A DNA stretch of 64,000 nt from Octopus vulgaris (lineage: Eukaryota): assembly GCA_951406725.2 (NCBI GenBank), contig OX597815.1, forward strand, positions 133,610,001 through 133,674,000, in the 5' to 3' direction. Below, in pieces: positions 41,008 through 52,650 of the stretch (its first letter is position 1; every line of letters begins with the position of its first letter). The notes under the pieces are model-generated. The model saw nothing but the letters and a program-made list of their open reading frames with translations, searched no databases and was not told the origin of the DNA. The position numbers and the translations under genes were made by a program.

Positions 41008-41406
41008 TATTATCAACCATCGCACAAACAATAACTCTGAGCACCTCTTCAAACTCCACCCATCTAACACCCGTGGACATATTTACAAAGTAAGAAAACA
41101 GCACAGCTCCCATGACTTCAGGAAACATTTTTTCACGCCGAGAGTTGCTGAAGCATGGAATAAACTGCTGGCATCGGTTGTTAGTTGTTGGAGCACTGCA
41201 TCCTTCAAAACTTCCATGCTTCCTGAGATTTGCCAACACTACACTTGATTTTCTCCCCTCCATACACACACAAGCATGTATCTGACTCATACATTGTTCG
41301 CTTTCCAGACATTTCTACATTACTGCATGTACTTTATATGCACTTTCTGACAAGTTGTGGTGCACCTGAGCACTGTATACAATAATTTCATTATTATTAT
41401 TATTAA
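41008..41406 (+). mobile_element. 5'-truncated CR1-clade LINE, (ATT)n tail
   Basis: Nearly identical to 63568-63947. Confidence 0.88.
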
Positions 41407-41715
41407 GGCAATGAGCTGGTAGAATCATGAACATGCTGAGCAAAATGCTTAGAATTTTATGTCTTTGTTTTGAGTTCAAATTCCACCGAGGTTGACTTTG
41501 CCTTTTATCTTTTGGTGGGAGTCGATAAAATAAGTATGAGTTGATTCTTGAACTTGCTGGCCTTGTGCCAAAACTTGAGTCAATATTGAATAACATATTT
41601 CATTGTTACTCCTAAGGTGTCAGCTTTGATCCATCAATCCTATAAATAATGTCACTCTATCAATGTCAATTGAGCTTTATTTTGTTTATTTCTTTTTGTT
41701 TTGCAACACAACTAT

Positions 41716-42106
41716 TACTCTTTTTCATGTTTCAGTCATTTGACTGCGGCCATGCTGGAGCACCGCCTTTAGTCGAGCAAATCAACCCCGGGACTTATTC
41801 TTTGTAAGCCCAGTACTTATTCTATCGGTCTCTTTTGCCGAACCGCTAAGTGACGGGGATGTAAACACACCAGCATCGGTTGTCAAGTAATGCTAGGGGT
41901 ACAAACACAGACACACAAACGCATACACATACATACATATACATGTATATACATATATACGACAGGCTTCTTTCAGTTTCCGTCTACCAAATCCACTCAC
42001 AAGGCATTGGTCGGCCCAGGGCTATAGCAGAAGACACTTGCCCAAGATGCCATGCAGTGGGACTGAACCTGGAACCATGTGGTTGGTTAGCAAGCTACTT
42101 ACCACA
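41716..42106 (-). mobile_element. tRNA-derived SINE family C (GGCGCAGGAGTGGCTGTGTGG head, internal microsatellite)
   Basis: Reverse complement of 44622-45033. Confidence 0.85.
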
Positions 42107-43699
42107 TATTTTGTTTGTTTCAGTAATCACATTATCACCAAGCTCGAGCACTGTCTTGAAGTGTTAAGTCAAACAAATCAACTCCAGTACTTATTATTAA
42201 GTCTGGTACTGTTTCTATCAATCTCTATTGCCAAGTTGCTAAATTGTAGGGACTTAAACGAACACTGTTTATTAAGTGGTGGTAGGGACAAGCACAAAGT
42301 GACATACATACATATACATGTATACACAATGACTTCCACACAGTTTTCGTTTACTAAACTCACTAATAAGGCATAGGTTGGCCCATGGCTATAGTAGAAG
42401 ATACATCCAAGCTGCTGAGCAGTGGGATCGAACCCCAAACCACATGGTTACAAGGCGAGTTTCTTAACAACTTAATCTTGCCTCTTTCGTTTTTTAAAGA
42501 CAATCTGGTATGATTTGAGAGTAATTTGGCTGATATGTCTAGCAGGACAAATGACTCTATAAGAGTGCTTTAGTTTTGTCTTGAGAAGTTATAGATTATT
42601 TTCTGAATTAAAACCGTGGGGGGGGGGGGGCACAAAAACCTGTACTATTAAAGAACAGCTTATCTTTCCATTATTGATTTGAGATGATTCCAAACGAAAA
42701 ACATTAAAGTTAATTAAGTGATGAAATGTTAAAACTTTCGGAATTCTCCTCTCTTCATTGAGCCAACATAAAGTTTTTGGCCATATTTTTCCTCTTCCGT
42801 GGAAAGAAAGAAAACAATCGATTCGATATTGTGTTTTATTACTTTTATTGACCTTATATATTACAGGCAGTTGTAATGGCAACCTGCTTTATTAGTAATA
42901 TTTGATATGTAATACTGGTATACTTGTATCCATATCTACAGAGTAAATGACAAGGCTGAAAACAAGTTATAATTTAAACAAAGAATAAGTGTTGGTTCAA
43001 ATGTTTTATTGTCTCGACCATAAATATGCCACAGCCTTTACCGAAATGCAATTACGTCTCATTCATGTCTTATGTCTGTATCTGTCTGTATTTGCCTTAA
43101 TCACCAAGATTGAATAAGAACGTTTCACAGTAAAGGTTCAAGGGAGGTAATTACATGTAGGTAGCTCACAAAAATATAAACGTTTACACTCCCTTACATA
43201 ATTTAATCATAATCTGTTGCAAGACGTCAGAGATTTTAACCTGCTTTCTTAAAAAATATAATTTTGCCACTAATCTATTTCATATTGTGTTTTTTTTTCA
43301 TCTCCTGATATGTGAAAAAAAAATTGTATTTCGGAATTGTAATCATTTGACAAACGTCATTTGTTACCCGTTATTTTTTAAAACTCAATGAAGATTTGAA
43401 ATGGAAAAGTGAAGGGGATAAATAAAACTTGCACCACACACACACACACACACACACACGCTCACTCACTCACTCGTGTGTGTGTGACGTTGTTTAAGCT
43501 AAATTGCCTGACTACTTTGGTCTTAGATCCAGGATATTCCCTACCAGGATTAAGGAGCTGGAGGCTTTTGGAAATAAAGACCTCTAGTATCATACCTAAG
43601 CTGAAATTCTGTAGGTCTTCTATCTCTTTCTCTAAGTAAACTTAAACCAGTTTTTTGTAGACTTGAGGATTCTGGCAGAGCCTTACTTTTTTTTTTATC

Positions 43700-45480
43700 C
43701 AGTCAAGACTAAGAATTTGTGCAAAATAGATAATGATACATATGCATAACTATTAAACAGCTTCACACAAACATACAAGAAGATGGCCTCTCAAGCCTTT
43801 GACAACATTTACTATAAGGCCAAAGAGATAGCTTTTAGACTAGGAATCAGAGATAGGGTAGAAACACTAGTAAGAAGAAGGCATTTATAGCAATCAAAGA
43901 TCATAAACCAAACTTTACCTCTGACCTCAAATGACATCTAATCAACCCTGCGAGGTCAGAGATTGACCTGGTAAACAAGCACTCATCAGATGGATCAACG
44001 ACACTTAGCAAGCCTCCAGCCTTGTCCTTTGATACAATGTCAGTGAAGTTTAAAATTTATAGTGGTAGGAGTAAAGCAAGATTTACCTAATTTGATATAA
44101 TGGATTTTTATCAGTCTAAATTGAGGCAGTTATATAGAGCACTGAATTTTGCTAGGGTCTACTGAGGTTAGAGAAGGGAACATAAGCTTTATCATGCATG
44201 CCAGAAAAAACCCTGCTTTTCAACAAGGGATTGACCTGGGCCAAACACCTTGATTTCTCTAGGTCTCAAAATTACAACAGAAACCAATCTGGAGATAGTT
44301 GACTTCCTTGATGCAATCTTAGTCTTAGATGCTGGTGCCATAAGCCTTTTAGGAAGCCAAATGAGAGGCTTACATATATTAATACAACTTCCTGTCATCT
44401 AATCATAGTGTTCAGGAACCTAGTGAATGGATCAGCAAAAGAATCTCCAACCAGTCTTCAAGTAGAGATTTTTGACATCACTGCCCCATACTACGAGTCC
44501 CTGACTGCCAGCACTTTTAAAGATAGAATTAGTTACATCCATGACCATAAACCCATAAAGAAAAACACCACTAGAAAGCATAAAAACTTGTGTAGGTAAG
44601 ATCTTTCTTAGTTTAGTGGAAGGTGCAGGAGTGGCTGTGTGGTAAGTAGCTTGTTTACCAACCACATGGCTCCGGGTTCAGTCCCACTGCATGGCACCTT
44701 GGGCAAGTGTCTTCTACTATAGCCTCGGGCCGACCAATGCCTTGTGAGTGGATTTGGTAGACGGAAACTGAAAGAAGCCCGTCGTATATATGTATATATA
44801 TGCGTGCGTGTGTGTGTTTGTGTGTCTGTGTTTGTCCCCCTAGCATTGCTTGACAACTGATGTTGGTGTGTTTATGTCCCCGTTACTTAGCGGTTCGGCA
44901 AAAGAGACCGATAGAATAAGTACTGGGCTTACAAAAGAATAAGTCCTGGGGTCGAGTTGTTTGATTAAAGGCGGTGCTTCAGCATAGCCACAGTCAAAAT
45001 GACTGAAACAAGTAAAAGAGTAAAAAAAAAGAGTATACAAATAGGTGCCACAAAATATTATCTAGACATACTTTGAAAGTTTCTTTTAGCAGTGCATCTA
45101 GTATAAAGAAATTAGTAAATAGGCCTACACCTGAAATGGAGGTAGGATGCTGATGCAGCAGCAACATCACATGTCCATTTAATGGCCACTGTGAGGCAGA
45201 GAGCATATATGAGGCAGAAGTGATGTCAAAGGACTCACTCCAGTGAGCAGTGAAGCATTTGGAAGTATGGGAGAAGGACAGAAGATCCCTTCAGAACCAG
45301 ATTTAATAACCATGAGTCTTCCTTCAGAATCCAGGAGAGACCATACATGCCCTGGCTAGGCATGCATGGCTGTTGAGGGAAAGTACCATGGATTACAACA
45401 TTAAGTGGAGTGTATTGGAAAGGTGGAAGCCTTACTTTAACAGTATCATATACAAAACTCCACCTTCTCTGACACATTGT
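43700..45480 (+). mobile_element. Decayed Penelope-like retroelement (RT + GIY-YIG remnants), interrupted by a SINE
   Basis: Frameshifted motifs AFIAIKDHKPNF, LINPARSEI, FDIMDFY, LGLKITTETNLEIVDFLD, KPFRKPN, CPFNGHC, FRTRFNNHESSF, YNIKWSVLE. Confidence 0.75.
44622..45033 (+). mobile_element. tRNA-derived SINE family C
   Basis: A box TGGCTGTGTGG, B box GGTTCAGTCCC, central CACCTTGGGCAAGTGTCTT, internal (TA)/(TG), tail GTAAAAGAG repeats. Confidence 0.88.
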
Positions 45481-45563
45481 TTATGCAGAAAAATTGTCAG
45501 TAGTAATTTCATATATTGTAAAGCTATGGATGCACAACAAGTGCACCTCTTGTTTATCTATAG

Positions 45564-45782
45564 CAGTGGTTTTCAATCAGGGTTCCCCGGAACCTTAGGG
45601 TTCTGCCAGTACAGTCCAGGGGTTCTGCAAGAAGTTACAAAACTGCTAAAATCGGCAGTAATTTCTAATTCTCCTGTGTAGATATGTGTGCATAAGACTA
45701 TTAAATTATTGCACAGGGGTTCCTCGAGCCAGTGGAATGTTTCCTTGGGGTTCTGCTCCAGCAAAAATGTTGAAAAGCACTG
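45564..45782. mobile_element. hAT (Charlie-like) MITE
   Basis: TIRs CAGTGGTTTTCAA / TTGAAAAGCACTG with perfect 8-bp TSD ATCTATAG (45556-45563 / 45783-45790). Confidence 0.9.
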
Positions 45783-46049
45783 ATCTATAGTTTACATGAA
45801 ATTACTATCTACAATTTTTTCTGCGTATTAAGCATAGTCATTTCCCTTATGACAGCACAATACTATCTTCTTTCCAACTAATTATTCTTTTTTTAGTTTA
45901 ATTTGAGACACCTAGAATTTCTTCTCTAAATCTCCATTAAATTTAGCTTGTAACGAGAATGTGAATATCTTCTCTGGACCTTTTGGGGGTGCGAGAAGCA
46001 ATCACTTTCCGTTGCTTTAATAATCCAGATTCTACCAGTCAAAGAAACA

Positions 46050-46520
46050 CAAAACGCAGACGTAAAAAATAGATATACTTTATTGTTTTATACCGGTGAG
46101 AAATCAGCGGTATATCTGATATCCTTGGTTCTGGGCGCGCAAGGCTGAAAGTTAATCGCTTGTAAGATTTACAATGTTCAGCCGCTAAAAACAGAACGGG
46201 TTAAAGATGGCTGCGGAATAATGAAGACGATGTTGTCTGCAACAATTTGGTAAAAAACCTTCGGCCGACTGCTATCAAAGCTGGACAGAGAGAAATATAC
46301 GTCTGCTGGTATCAAAGGCCTTCTGCTGTCTCTGCTGGACGCTGATGGTCAAGGTTTTTGCGTTCCCTTGCCTCTTTTCTAAGGGTCGCTTTTCCTAGCC
46401 AATCAGCTAATTCCACGATAGCAATGTTCCCTCTTCTGTTGATGAAAACACGCGCAAATCAGAAAAGGGCGTTGCACGCGCGCGCTGTTGTATAGCGTCA
46501 CTACAAGCTGCTGAACTAGG
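46050..46520. promoter_or_regulatory. CpG-rich putative promoter/enhancer
   Basis: Locally high CpG in a CpG-depleted window; two CTTTGAT (TCF/LEF) sites, AGCCAATCAG, AAGATGGCTGC (YY1-like), TGACG half-site, minus-strand TATAAAA at ~46086-46092. Motif evidence only. Confidence 0.5.
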
Positions 46521-46619
46521 TTAAAATCATACAGGTGTTCCCACCGACAGCCAGTCTTAAAGTTTTTTGTTATAGACAAGAGGGAGTTGAGAACATCTTT
46601 ACTGACATGCTTATTTTAT

Positions 46620-46990
46620 TATTGAATCATTCCTGTCAGTGCTTCTACACATGGCTCATACAATCCTCAAAAGCCATCTACATCTAGTTTCTTTAGCAAC
46701 AACCAGATTGTGGAGCATGGCCTTCAAATGCCTTCTCCAAGTCAACAAATACTAAATATTAGAATCTACTCCAAACTATGTACTTCTCCCACAGTTGCCT
46801 CATCAGGAAGATGTCATCATTAGTATCTGTTCTTTGAACAAAGGTGAACTGCAATTTATCTTGCCTAATTTTGTCTAAATAAATTGTGCTATGACTCTTT
46901 CTGTGACCATAACCTATCATACTGTTTTCTCTGTAACTGCATTCCTTTGTCCTTGTAGCCATTGAAAAAGAATAGTTCTGTGCCAGCCAT
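46620..46990 (-). mobile_element. Decayed RTE RT fragment
   Basis: Minus strand DKLQFTFVQRTDTNDDIFLMRQLWEKY...FVDLEKAF aligns with DEMQFGFVPGRSTTDAIFLVRQLQEKY...FVDLEKAFD of the LINE at 21864. Confidence 0.75.
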
Positions 46991-47507
46991 TGGGTATGAC
47001 AAATATATGACTATAATGATAATAATTCTTTCAAATTTTTGGCACAGGGCTAGAAATTTTGAGAGGATAAAGAAGTCAATTAAATTGACTCTAGTGTTCC
47101 ACAGATACTTATTCATTTGACTCCAAATGGATGGAAGGAAAATTTGACCTTGGCAGCATTTACACTCAGAATGCAAAGAGCCAAAAGAATTGCTGTTAAG
47201 AATTTTGTCCAACATGTTAAATATTCTATCAGCACATTAGTTAATGTCATCATCATCATCAGTAACATTTTCATATTTGTTTTATGAGTGCTGGCATAGG
47301 TTGGATGAGACTTAGTGAAACAATATTCTATGGCCAGACTCTGGTTAGATCTCCTTCCAATCACCAACTCTTGCTTTTTTTGTCTTTCAAAGTATTCTTA
47401 TTCTACTAGCCTTTAATCAAAACCAATGAAACTGCTGAGCTGTGGGACATATTACAAGAGACAAAAGTTTATTGTTCAAACAGCATTAAGACATGTGAAA
47501 GCAAGCA

Positions 47508-47550
<43 letters not shown>

Positions 47551-48373
47551 GCTTCCCTACAGTTTCTATCAAATTTCACTCACAAGGCATTGGTCAAGTT
47601 TAGCTTATAGTGGAAGACATTGGTTAAAGCACCTTGCAGTGGGATGGAACTGAAATCACTATTGTTGTGAAGTGAACATTGTAACCATACATCTGTGATT
47701 AACGAAAAAACAAGATGCAAACTAGATGATGCCATAGCATCTCCTCCCAGTACCAGATGGTAGGAGGAAGGAAGTTTATGAATTTTTATTGCTCTGTTCT
47801 GGAGCAAGAGGTTATGACTGTGGCCTCTACAAGCCTTCTGAGACTTTGAGATTTACATGGCAGACAGTCTTCTTGTTTCCAACAGCCACAGGGAAAAATA
47901 TGCATTGGGAGAGAATTCCAGTGGGTGAATATTCTGAGGAGGTAAGACTGTGAATAGTAGCACTAGCTAGTGCAGGACCAAGGGTGACACAGTGTAGAGG
48001 ACAAAAGAAGGAGAGACAAAGGAGTCAGGAGGGATTCAGTGGAGGCAAGAGCCCAGGAACAGGGATTGCAGATGGTGCACTTGCACACACTAAAATTTTT
48101 GTGGGGTGCAAAATCAAAATTTGCACCCCCTGCATACTTTACCTGGTTTAGAAGATAGTGTCTAAAAAGTTGCTTGAAGTTAGGTTTCTTCTCAAAACAA
48201 GAACAAAGGACAGAAATAAATAAATAAATAAATAAATAAATAAAAGTCCATAATGTTAACTGATGAAGCTGATCATAAGATTCCCAAGGGAATTCTAGAA
48301 AGATATATTACTGAACATCATCAACATCAAAATTAAAAGTATATATAATATATATATATATATATATAAGCTC

Positions 48374-49552
48374 GTGAGGAATGAAGCCAGTATGCTCCGA
48401 TGGATGTGTAATGTCAGTGTACATACTCGACAGAGCGTTAGCACCTTGAGAGAAATGTTGTACCTAAGAAGCATCAGTTGTGGTGTGCAAGAGAGACGAT
48501 TGCGCTGGTATGGTCATGTGGCGAGAATGGATGAAAATAGGTGTGTGAGAAAGTGCCAATCCCTAGCAGTTGAGGGAACCCGTGGAAGAGGTAGACCTAG
48601 GAAAACCTGGGACGAGGTGGTGAAGCACGACCTTCGAACTTTAGGCCTCACTGAGGAAATGACCAGAGACCGAGACCTTTGGAAATATTCTGTACGTGAG
48701 AAGACCAGGCAGGACAAGTGAGCCCAGCCCACTTATGAATGCCTTTCCTCCCTTGGACACAAAGACCGGTTGAGGCAAGCGAAGTCGATATAGAACCTCA
48801 TCCGACGACAGACACCCATGCCAACCCCCCATGCTTACGAAGACATGTTGGGGCAAGCGAAATCGAAATCGAAACCGAATTGAACCAGCCAGGATCCCTG
48901 GCCTGGTGGTACGTAAAAAGCACTATCCGACTCGTGGCCGTGGCACGTAAAATACTCCAATGCGACCGTACGACAGGCACCCATGCCAACCCCCTTTGCT
49001 TGTGAAGACATGTTGGGGCAAGCGAAATCGAAATCGAATTGAACCAGCCAGGATCCCTGGTCTGGTGGTACGTAAAAAGCACTATCCGACTCGTGGCCGT
49101 GGCACGTAAAATACTCCAATGCGACCGTACGACAGGCACCCTTGCCAACCCCCTTTGCTTGTGAAGACATGTTGGGGCAAGCGAAATCGAAATCGAAATC
49201 GAATTGAACCAGCCAGGATCCCTGGTCTGGTGGTATGTAAAAAGCACTATCCGACTCGTGGCCGATGCCAGCACCGCCTCGACTGGCTTCCGTGCCGGTG
49301 GCACATAAAATACACCAATCTGACCGTGGCCGTTGCCAGCCCCGCCTGGCACCTGTGCAGGTGGCACGTAAAAAGCACCCACTACACTCACGGAGTGGTT
49401 GGCGTTAGGAAGGGCATCCAGCTGTAGAAACATTGCCAGATTAGACTGGAGCCTGGTGCAGCCTTCTGGCTTCCCAGAACCCTGGTCGAACCGTCCAACC
49501 CATGCTAGCATGGAGAACGGACGTTAAACGACGATGATGATGATGATGATGA

Positions 49553-49555
<3 letters not shown>
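48374..49555 (+). mobile_element. 5'-truncated RTE LINE of a second subfamily with a triplicated 3' UTR segment
   Basis: ORF RNEASMLRWMCNVSV...RGRPRKTWDEVVKHDL matches the C-terminus of the 21864 ORF; ~160-bp units start at 48806, 48971 and 49130; shared terminal tail. Confidence 0.9.
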
Positions 49556-49606
<51 letters not shown>

Positions 49607-49620
49607 TTATATACATATAT

Positions 49621-52012
49621 ACCCCTTACCCTAAACCTAACCGGTTCAGACTAATTGAAATCAGATCAGTTAAGACCAATCCCAACCTGATCACACCGAT
49701 CCAAGCTGGTTCAAACCAGAGAAAACCAGTTCAAAGTGGTCCAAATTGGATCAGACCACTTGCATCCAACAAGCATCAAGCATCATCGTAGCTTCAAACA
49801 TCAAACCCTACCCTAAAACTAAACCCCAGCCTAGCTGGTCCAAACTGGATTAGACCAGTTCCAAACCAGTTCAAAATGGTTCAAACCATTTCAAACTGGA
49901 TCAAACCAGTTCAGACTGGTCAAAACCTGTTCAAACCAGGCTAAACTGGATCAGAACAGTCCAAATCAGTTCAAACTGGTCAAAACCAATCAGACCCATC
50001 CAAACCCATTGAAACTGCATCAGAACGGTTGCATCCATCAAACGTTTTCATCAAACCAGTTCATCAAATAACTTCATCAAACGTCATCCAATTAACTAAT
50101 CAATTAAACATTTGCATCAAACATCTCATCTTCATCAAGCAACTAATTAATTAACTAATTAATCAAGCAAGCAACTAATTAACTAATTAAGCAAGCAACT
50201 CATTAATTGAATAATTAATTAAGCAAGCAACTAATTAATTAAGCCATCAAGCAACTAGTTAACTAATTAATTAAGCAAGCAAACAACTAATTAATTAACT
50301 AATTAATTAAGCAAAGAAGAAACTAATTAACAATTAAATAAGCAAACAAGTAACTGATTAATTAACTAATTAAATAAGCAAGCAACTAATTAATTAAAAA
50401 AATTAATGAAGCAAACAAGATCAGACTGGTCCATACTGGTCGAAACTGAATTAGTTCAAAACTGCATCAGACATTTTCATCAAACATTTTCATCAAGCAA
50501 CTAATTAAGCAAGCAACTTACTAATTAACTAATTGAAATTAAGCAAGCAACTTATTTACTTAATTATCCAAGCAACTAATTATATAATTTAGCAAGCAGC
50601 TAATTTAATTAACTGCTTAAATAATTAAATGTTTAATTAATTAAGCAATTAATTAATCATTTAATTAATTAAGCAAACAAACAACTAATTAACTAATTAA
50701 TCAAGCAAACAATAATCAAATAAGTAAATCAGAAGAAACTGTTTCAGGAACTAGATGGGCATATACATATAACAATGATATCAGATGCAGAGGAAAGCAA
50801 GGCACTCTGGAGAGGGATCTGGGACCAATCTGGTTAAGAAATATAGAAGTCCAAGAAGACAAAAAGATAACTATAGAAATTATAAAAAAAGCAGTTAAGA
50901 AAATTCCCAAATTGGAAGAGCCCAGGACCATATGGGGCCTAAGGGTACTGGATGAAGAAGTTGAGAGGGCTCCATGAGAAGAATTAGTATTGACCTCAGA
51001 GTGATTTGAACTCAGGACGCAATGTAAAAGTATGTGATTAAAATGCGTTTTTCTCTTTGTCCTGCAGGTTCTGCTATCCACCACCCTTAATAATTCTTTC
51101 TACTGTAGGAACAAGGCCTAAAATTTGGTGTGGGGGATGAAACTAGTCGATTTCTTGAATGGTACTTATTTTATCTACCCCAAAAGGATGAAAGGCAAAC
51201 TCAACATTGGTGGAATTTGAACTCGAATGTAAAACCAGAGGAAAGGCTGCTGAGCAGTTTTTCTGGTGTGCTAACAATTCTGCTGTTCACCACCTTTCCA
51301 ATAATAATAATGTTTTCAAATTTTGGTTCTTATTTTATTAACCTCAGCAGGATTTGAACTCAGAGTGTAAAGACAGACAAAATACATGCACTTATGAATC
51401 CATGTACGTATGTGTGCACTTATGTTTGTCACTTCACCACCTAACAAGTAATTAATTAGCTACTTAAGCAGCTAATTAACTAATTATGCAAGCAACTAAT
51501 TAATTAACCAATTAATTAATTGATTAATTAATAAAGCAAACCGGTTCAAACCCATTGAAACCAGTTGAAACTGGATCAGACTGGTCAGACCCATTGAAAC
51601 AGGATCAGACTGGTCCAAACTCATTCAAACTGGATAAGACCTGTCCAGACTGGTCAAAACCAGATCACACTGGTTACATCCATCAGACATTTTCATCAAA
51701 CTTTTTTATCAAACATCTCATCTTCATCACACACTGTCATCAAATATCTTCATCAACCCTTTTCATTAAATATCAAATGTTTTCTTCAAACATCTTCATC
51801 CATGAAATATTTTTATCAAACATCTTCAAACATCAAACATTTGCCCTAACCCTAACCAGTCCAAACCAGTGCAGACTAATCCAGACTGGTCTCATCTGGT
51901 TTGGACTGGTTTGGATTGGTCTGATACGGTTAGGACTGATTTGAACCAGTTCAAACTGGTCTGATCTAGTTCGGACCAGTTTGAACAGGTGTGGACTAGT
52001 TTTAACCAGTTT
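49621..52012. repeat. Composite higher-order satellite (10-bp CCAG/CTGG-TTCAAA, CATCAAAC and AATT/AAGC blocks) with CCCTAA seeds
   Basis: Directly visible periodic blocks; interrupted at ~50716-51400 by other elements. Confidence 0.8.
50725..51000 (+). mobile_element. Decayed R4/Dong-like (RLE non-LTR) RT fragment
   Basis: Remnants DAEESKALWRGIW...ITIEIIKKAVKKIP-NWKSPGP..GYWMKKL resemble the pre-RT/RT0 region of R4/Dong elements. Confidence 0.55.
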
Positions 52013-52422
52013 GACTGCCCAGCATGTAAACGGCAGGCATAACTATGATTCTCTCTTGCTGGGGTGCTACTTTGTCACAGTAACAGAGCTTCTGGCAGTG
52101 GTTGGATCTATGTTGGGAGATGCAACCAGACCAAATTGGTCCCTCCACTTTGGACAAACTAAAAGCATCCCAATCTCCCATAGCAGTACTGTTTATATTA
52201 TCATCTCTGGGTGATCCTGCTTCTGTGTTATGTACCAAACTGTACTGTGTCTGCCTTTCCTTGTTGCTAAGAGACAGCTTGGCAGATTCTACCATACCCG
52301 ATTGGCTCACATTGCACTGGATTAGTTTGCGCCTGAGACATGGGGTTTGGGGTGCTCATGCAGTTGCATCAGCTATGGGGGGGTTGCATCAACTGTAAAG
52401 AGGGTTGCATTAACTTTATATA

Positions 52423-52650
52423 TATTTCTTTACTACCCACAAGGGGCTAAACACAAAGGGGACAAACAAGGACATACAAACGGATTAAGTCGATTACATC
52501 AACCCCAGTGTGTAACTGGTACTTAATTTATCGACCCCGAAAGCATGAAAGGCAAAGTTGACTACGGCAGAATTTGAACTCAGAACGTAGCGGCGATCGA
52601 AATACGGCTACGCATTTCGCCCGACGTGCTAACGTTTCTGCCAATTTGTT
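52423..52650 (-). mobile_element. SINE family A copy
   Basis: Reverse complement of 3014-3243. Confidence 0.88.

Noticed and set aside
46311-46460. 48-codon minus-strand open frame (RGNIAIVELADWLGKATLRKEARERK...)
   Set aside because: No start codon or recognisable homology; expected by chance in a GC-rich patch, though not excluded.
48798-49511. 237-aa minus-strand ORF with repeated peptide; related LQLDALPNANHSVSVVGAFYVP ORFs elsewhere
   Set aside because: Antisense reading of the repeated RTE 3' UTR; no evidence of coding function.
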